Positions 59,858 through 64,000 of a DNA stretch of 64,000 nt are shown here, piece by piece. The stretch comes from Candidatus Bathyarchaeia archaeon (GTDB taxonomy: Archaea > Thermoproteota > Bathyarchaeia > 40CM-2-53-6): NCBI GenBank assembly GCA_049513715.1, contig JBEKVV010000003.1:192001-256000 (forward strand). The letters are read 5' to 3'. Below the pieces are notes generated by a model. That model had not been told where the DNA came from. It saw only the letters and a list, made by a program, of their open reading frames with translations, and made no database searches. Every line of letters starts with the position of its first letter. Positions within the stretch are counted from its first letter, which is position 1. The translations under genes and the position numbers were made by a program.

Positions 59858-61551
59858 TACTTTCTCTCCTCCGGTTGATACGTGGTTATCTTAACGTCTG
59901 AGAACTCGATACGCGGCGCCTCCGGTGTTCTATAGGCCAATGTATGTTTCAGGAATCTAACGTCATCCCGTTTTGGAAACTCCAATCGGACATGTGATCC
60001 GCGTGATTCTTCTCGGCTTAGGGCAGAGGCCACGATAACATCGCTTAGGTCAACCATTTCTTCGAGTTCGATTGCTCGGATTAGATCCAGGTTGTAGACT
60101 TTGTAAGCCATGATGGGCCTGAGCTTCGTTAGTCTAGTTTTCATTTGTTTGAGCTTGGCCTTCGCTTCCTCTAGTCCTTCTTTGCTTCTGAACATGAAGG
60201 CTTTCTCAACCATCATGTTTCGCATCTCCTCTCGGATGACTGCGGGGTCTTCGTTGCCGCCTCCGTTCAGGAGATGTTGAATGTGTTCTTTCTCTGCGTT
60301 CAATGATTCCTGCAGGAATGCTTCCTTTGGCTCCCCTCGTGCAATGCTCATGACGAATTTGCCCGCCTCTTCTCCTGCAATCTTTCCGAAAACGATTGTG
60401 TCAAGGAGTGAGTTGCCGCCAAGCCTATTTGCGCCGTGAACGCTGATGCAGGCGCATTCACCTGCAGCGTACAGCCCCTTGAGTTGTGTTTCGCATTTTG
60501 CGTTGCAGTCAACGCCACCCATACTGTAGTGTTGGGCTGGTTGAACTGGGATGGGTTCTTTTATTGGGTCAACTGCAGCAAAGTCCATTGCGAGGTCGCG
60601 AATCCCAGGCAATCTAAGCATGATCTTCCTCTCTCCAAGGTGCCGCACGTCCAAGTAGACGTAGAGGTTCTTGACGCCGCGGCCATCATCGATCTCTTTC
60701 TGAATCGAACGGCTGACGATATCTCGGGGGGCCAATTCCATGGCTTTAGGGGCGTAACGTTGCATGAACCGTTCCCCTTGGGAATTGACTAAGTAGCCGC
60801 CCTCGCCGCGGGCTCCTTCGGTGACTAGGATGCACGTGGGGTAGAGTGTAGTTGGGTGAAATTGGACGAATTCCATGTCTTTGAGGGCTACACCTGCTTT
60901 GTACGCCATGGCCATGCCGCTACCAGTATTGATGATGGAGTTGCTCGTTCTTGCGTAAATCCACCCGGCTCCGCCTGTTGCCAGAATTACGGCTTTTGCT
61001 TTGAAGGCCTCCAGGTCACCCGTTATGATATCGAATGCAACGACGCCTTTGATTGCGCCCTTGTCTGCGATGAGTGAGGTGGCGAACCATTCGTCGTAGA
61101 ATTTGACTTTGCGTCTGAGTGCTTGCTCGTATGCGGTGACTAGGAGGTAGTGTCCTGTCTTGTCGGCGGCGAAGCAAGTTCTTGGGTACCCGGCTCCTCC
61201 GAAGGGTCGCTGGGCGATTTTTCCGTCATCTGTTCTGCTGAAGGGACAACCCCAATGCTCCATCTCGATAATTCTTGCAGGCGCGTCCTTCGTCATTGTT
61301 TCGACTGCGTCTTGGTCGGCGAGGAAGTCACTGCCTTTGATGGTGTCGTATGCATGCTTTTGCCAGTTATCGTCCTTGTTGGCTTCGATGTTGCCTAGTG
61401 CTGCGTTGATGCCGCCTTGAGCCGCTCCCGTATGGGACCTGAGCGGATGCACTCGGCTAATCACTGCGGTGTCAGCGTACTTGGAGGATTCGATTGCTGC
61501 ACGTAAGCCTGCGAGACCGCCGCCGATAATGACCACGTCATGTGAAATCAT
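59854..61551 (-). CDS. sdhA: Succinate dehydrogenase/fumarate reductase flavoprotein
   Basis: RSHTGAAQGG (covalent-FAD His), QFHPT, EGARGEG, HYSMGG, HGANRLGGNSL, REESRG. Confidence 0.95.
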   Translation of the reverse strand: MISHDVVIIGGGLAGLRAAIESSKYADTAVISRVHPLRSHTGAAQGGINAALGNIEANKDDNWQKHAYDTIKGSDFLADQDAVETMTKDAPARIIEMEHWGCPFSRTDDGKIAQRPFGGAGYPRTCFAADKTGHYLLVTAYEQALRRKVKFYDEWFATSLIADKGAIKGVVAFDIITGDLEAFKAKAVILATGGAGWIYARTSNSIINTGSGMAMAYKAGVALKDMEFVQFHPTTLYPTCILVTEGARGEGGYLVNSQGERFMQRYAPKAMELAPRDIVSRSIQKEIDDGRGVKNLYVYLDVRHLGERKIMLRLPGIRDLAMDFAAVDPIKEPIPVQPAQHYSMGGVDCNAKCETQLKGLYAAGECACISVHGANRLGGNSLLDTIVFGKIAGEEAGKFVMSIARGEPKEAFLQESLNAEKEHIQHLLNGGGNEDPAVIREEMRNMMVEKAFMFRSKEGLEEAKAKLKQMKTRLTKLRPIMAYKVYNLDLIRAIELEEMVDLSDVIVASALSREESRGSHVRLEFPKRDDVRFLKHTLAYRTPEAPRIEFSDVKITTYQPEERKY

Positions 61552-61565
61552 TCTTGTTTTTCCCC

Positions 61566-61895
61566 TTAACTTGGAAAAAGCAACGGCCACAAACCGTACA
61601 TGCCGAAGAGAAACGCCACGAACCCGAGCATCCACAAACCCACTGAAACGAACCGGCGGGCCTGGTATCCCAAGCCAAAGTCGAGAACAATTGTTCTGAC
61701 ACCGTTGAGGCCGTGAAATAATGCGAAGGCTAGGATGGATACGTCGACACCAGCCCGAAAGAGAGCCGCCCAGTTTGTCGCGAAGTTTGATGCCCACAAG
61801 TGCAGGCCTAACAGTGCCACCAAAAGTACTGCTGTGATTCGTTGCAGAAGCCAGAGGACTACGCTTCTCCAAATTCTCATTTGTGCCATGCTCAT
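61566..61895 (-). CDS. sdhD: Succinate dehydrogenase membrane anchor subunit D
   Basis: WLLQRITA, LHLW, FHGLNGVR. Confidence 0.88.
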   Translation of the reverse strand: MSMAQMRIWRSVVLWLLQRITAVLLVALLGLHLWASNFATNWAALFRAGVDVSILAFALFHGLNGVRTIVLDFGLGYQARRFVSVGLWMLGFVAFLFGMYGLWPLLFPS

Positions 61896-62317
61896 GTCAC
61901 CTTCGGCAACATCGGCAATCCCAGCAGGATTATGTAGGCGCTGACTACGATGGCAACCGCCATCGTTAGCCAGAAGCTGACTCGGTGCTTTCTTACCCCG
62001 AATCCCAAGTCTAAGAAGACGATTCGTATTCCGTTGAGGCCGTGGTAAGCGATTATGCCCAAAGCAATCAAATCAAAGATTTCGGTTGCAGAACCACCGG
62101 CCCAGAATGGGTTTCTAAGCGCGTCGAAAATCGTCACTTGAAATCCCTTTGTGACTCCAAAGCTTGCTTGGGCGATTGCAGTGATGTGCGTGAGCAAGAA
62201 GAAAACCAAGTACAGCCCTGAAAGGCGTTGAATGACCCAAGCATACATTCCTACGCGTATGTTGCGAGGGTTGAGGTCGCTACTCTTGTCAATTAACCAT
62301 CGAGTTTTGCTACCCAT
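61892..62317 (-). CDS. sdhC: Succinate dehydrogenase cytochrome b subunit C
   Basis: AWVIQRLSG, LTHI, YHGLNGIR. Confidence 0.88.
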   Translation of the reverse strand: MGSKTRWLIDKSSDLNPRNIRVGMYAWVIQRLSGLYLVFFLLTHITAIAQASFGVTKGFQVTIFDALRNPFWAGGSATEIFDLIALGIIAYHGLNGIRIVFLDLGFGVRKHRVSFWLTMAVAIVVSAYIILLGLPMLPKVT

Positions 62318-62323
62318 TCTTCT

Positions 62324-62530
62324 TCAATCCCAACCATACATTAGTTCTGAAACCGAATAGAGGAGAGCAGCGAAGCAGACTATTGCGAGGCCTGCGAAGA
62401 CTCCGAACATCCTTTGAAACCCAGCCATGTCCGCCATCATTGCCTCGTAAACAAACACGAGCTCTAGAACAATCAACACCCCTGCCAACGCGAACCATCC
62501 CTTAGACAAAGTCGCTTGCATCACATTCAC
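62324..62530 (-). CDS. Small 2-TM protein within the cytochrome b-sdh operon
   Basis: Two hydrophobic helices; abuts neighbouring genes. Confidence 0.6.
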   Translation of the reverse strand: MNVMQATLSKGWFALAGVLIVLELVFVYEAMMADMAGFQRMFGVFAGLAIVCFAALLYSVSELMYGWD

Positions 62531-62791
62531 CTACTCGAACCATCCAACCTTATTCCGAATACGTCCCGCTTTCTTGTCCAATCGGTACATTGCTTTGGCG
62601 AGGAATGCTACAGCCACCGTGCCTACGAACAAGTTCCCCGCGATAAGCAATCCATCCAAGATTGTGAATCCCTTCGTTGCCACCTGAAGTAGAAGGGGCA
62701 TCAGGTTCGAAAGGGCGAAAACGCTCACACCAAAAGCCAAGGCAAGCAGCAGTAAGCGCCCGGTGCGGGTGAAGTTGCGGCGATCACTCAT
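62531..62791 (-). CDS. Small 2-TM protein within the cytochrome b-sdh operon
   Basis: ATG overlaps the subunit IV stop (ATGA); two TMs; ends VGWFE. Confidence 0.65.
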   Translation of the reverse strand: MSDRRNFTRTGRLLLLALAFGVSVFALSNLMPLLLQVATKGFTILDGLLIAGNLFVGTVAVAFLAKAMYRLDKKAGRIRNKVGWFE

Positions 62792-63315
62792 TGTGGTGTA
62801 CCTCTTTTGACACGTCTGTTGGCTGCGAAAGCCAGTAAGATCAAAAGTACCGCAATTGAATTGACTGTAATGAAGGCGGTCGTGAACTTGAGACTTGAGA
62901 AAGACCCAGTTTGGCCTGGGGACAGGTATCCGTAGATTGTTAGGCCTAGGAACTCGGTTACCATCAGAAAGGCAGCGGCTATGAAGATAGGCCTTCGGAG
63001 GGGCCGTCGTTCTTCGCCCCGGTCGAGGAACGGAATTAGTACAATGAAGATTGCCACCCCGGCCATCAGGATTATTCCGTGAAGTGGTGTCACGTTTTGG
63101 GTTTTCAGAAACTGGTAGAAGCCCATGAAGTACCATTCAGGCTCTAAGATGCTTGGCGGGTTCAAGGGGTCAAACTTCTCGCCAAGCTTCAACGGGAACA
63201 GTGACACGAACACTGCGAGGAACCCGATGACGGCGATCGCGAGACTCATCTCTGCTAAGAGTACGTTCGGGAAGAATCGCACCTTGTCGTCTTTCTCTCT
63301 AGAGTGGTTGTGCAA
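62788..63315 (-). CDS. petD: Cytochrome b subunit IV (PetD-like C-terminal half)
   Basis: FFPN, PEWYF, LIPFLD....RP..RP. Confidence 0.9.
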   Translation of the reverse strand: MHNHSREKDDKVRFFPNVLLAEMSLAIAVIGFLAVFVSLFPLKLGEKFDPLNPPSILEPEWYFMGFYQFLKTQNVTPLHGIILMAGVAIFIVLIPFLDRGEERRPLRRPIFIAAAFLMVTEFLGLTIYGYLSPGQTGSFSSLKFTTAFITVNSIAVLLILLAFAANRRVKRGTPQ

Positions 63316-63964
63316 TGTGATGCCTCTTTACCATCCAGAAGTGCAGTAACATCAGAACCATCAACAAGCCCGGGATGAGCCAGACATGAAACGCAAAGAA
63401 ACGCCCCACTGTGTCGTCGTAATTCGTTCCCCACACGAGAGAGGTCATCATGGTTCCGAATAACGGAACCGCCCCGGCCAATCCAAGTCCAATGCCTGCG
63501 GCGCCGACAGCTTCTTGGTCCCAGCGGAGAACGTAGCCGGTGAAACCTGCCATTATTGTGAAAGCGCCAAGTCCTACGCCAACCATCCAGTTGAGTTCTC
63601 TAGGTTTCTTATAGGCACCTGTGAAGTAAACCCTAAGCATGTGGAGTATCGATGTGATTATCATTCCATTTGCGGCATAGAAATGAACGCCGCGAATGAG
63701 CCACCCATAGCGAACGTTTGTAGATATGTCTTGCAGACTACTATACGCGGCGTCTGGCGAGGGTTTGTAATACATTCCAAGCATCATTCCGGTAATTGCG
63801 AGTAGAAAGAAGAACAGGAAAGTCAAACCACCGAGACAGTACATGGGGCTCAACGCACCTTTGGCTACCGTTGCTCTCAGGATTGGTTCGATCTTGGTCC
63901 GCGAAACGAACCAGTTCCAAAGCTTTCGAAGAATCGCGGTTGGAGAGATCATCAATACTCTCAT
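63299..63964 (-). CDS. petB: Cytochrome b6-like N-terminal half
   Basis: YCLGG, R.VH..A.N....H..R, KPRELNW, FTGY.L.WDQ, RFF..H...H. Confidence 0.92.
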   Translation of the reverse strand: MRVLMISPTAILRKLWNWFVSRTKIEPILRATVAKGALSPMYCLGGLTFLFFFLLAITGMMLGMYYKPSPDAAYSSLQDISTNVRYGWLIRGVHFYAANGMIITSILHMLRVYFTGAYKKPRELNWMVGVGLGAFTIMAGFTGYVLRWDQEAVGAAGIGLGLAGAVPLFGTMMTSLVWGTNYDDTVGRFFAFHVWLIPGLLMVLMLLHFWMVKRHHIAQPL

Positions 63965-64000
63965 GCCTCTCCATAGAGCGGAAGGCCGCTCTCGTAACCG
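63961..64000 (-). CDS. 3' end of an upstream gene in the same operon (identity not visible; Rieske protein expected)
   Basis: ...GYESGLPLYGEA-TGA overlaps the petB ATG (ATGA). Confidence 0.4.
   Translation of the reverse strand, partial: GYESGLPLYGEA

Noticed and set aside
61552..61872. N-terminal extension of SdhA in the ORF track, and similar extensions of 62531-63136, 8154-8531 and 3780-5720
   Set aside because: These overlap real neighbouring genes or promoter regions; the conserved sequence begins at the downstream starts used here
1..64000. Mobile elements or prophage
   Set aside because: No transposase, integrase, terminal inverted repeats or viral structural genes recognised

Overview
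This is a gene-dense archaeal chromosomal window. Bathyarchaeia is the likely source, inferred from frequent TTG starts, PEF-CTERM-like tails, zinc-ribbon/OB-fold/TRAM proteins, SAMP-type ubiquitin-like proteins and Hdr-Mvh. From left to right it contains: (1) a purine/nucleoside catabolic region with an ABC permease, an APC permease, adenine deaminase, an LLM oxidoreductase, and one operon of two complete xanthine-dehydrogenase-family sets interleaved with two MoaD/SAMP proteins plus XdhC; (2) blaI-M56 peptidase, nfeD-SPFH, nth, a stand-alone CARF-like wHTH regulator, an MFS transporter, a DRG GTPase and pckG; (3) a GT4/HAD-IIB pair, marR, two inverted amt paralogues sharing a 35-bp upstream palindrome, and NiCoT/nikR; (4) a complete hdrCBA-mvhDGA-maturation protease operon; (5) proC, dinB, fumarate hydratase, and an operon joining a split b6f-type cytochrome b (with the heme-ci Cys) to a four-His succinate dehydrogenase/fumarate reductase. 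I found no rRNA, tRNA, CRISPR array or transposase. All calls come from reading motifs by eye; no database searches were run.
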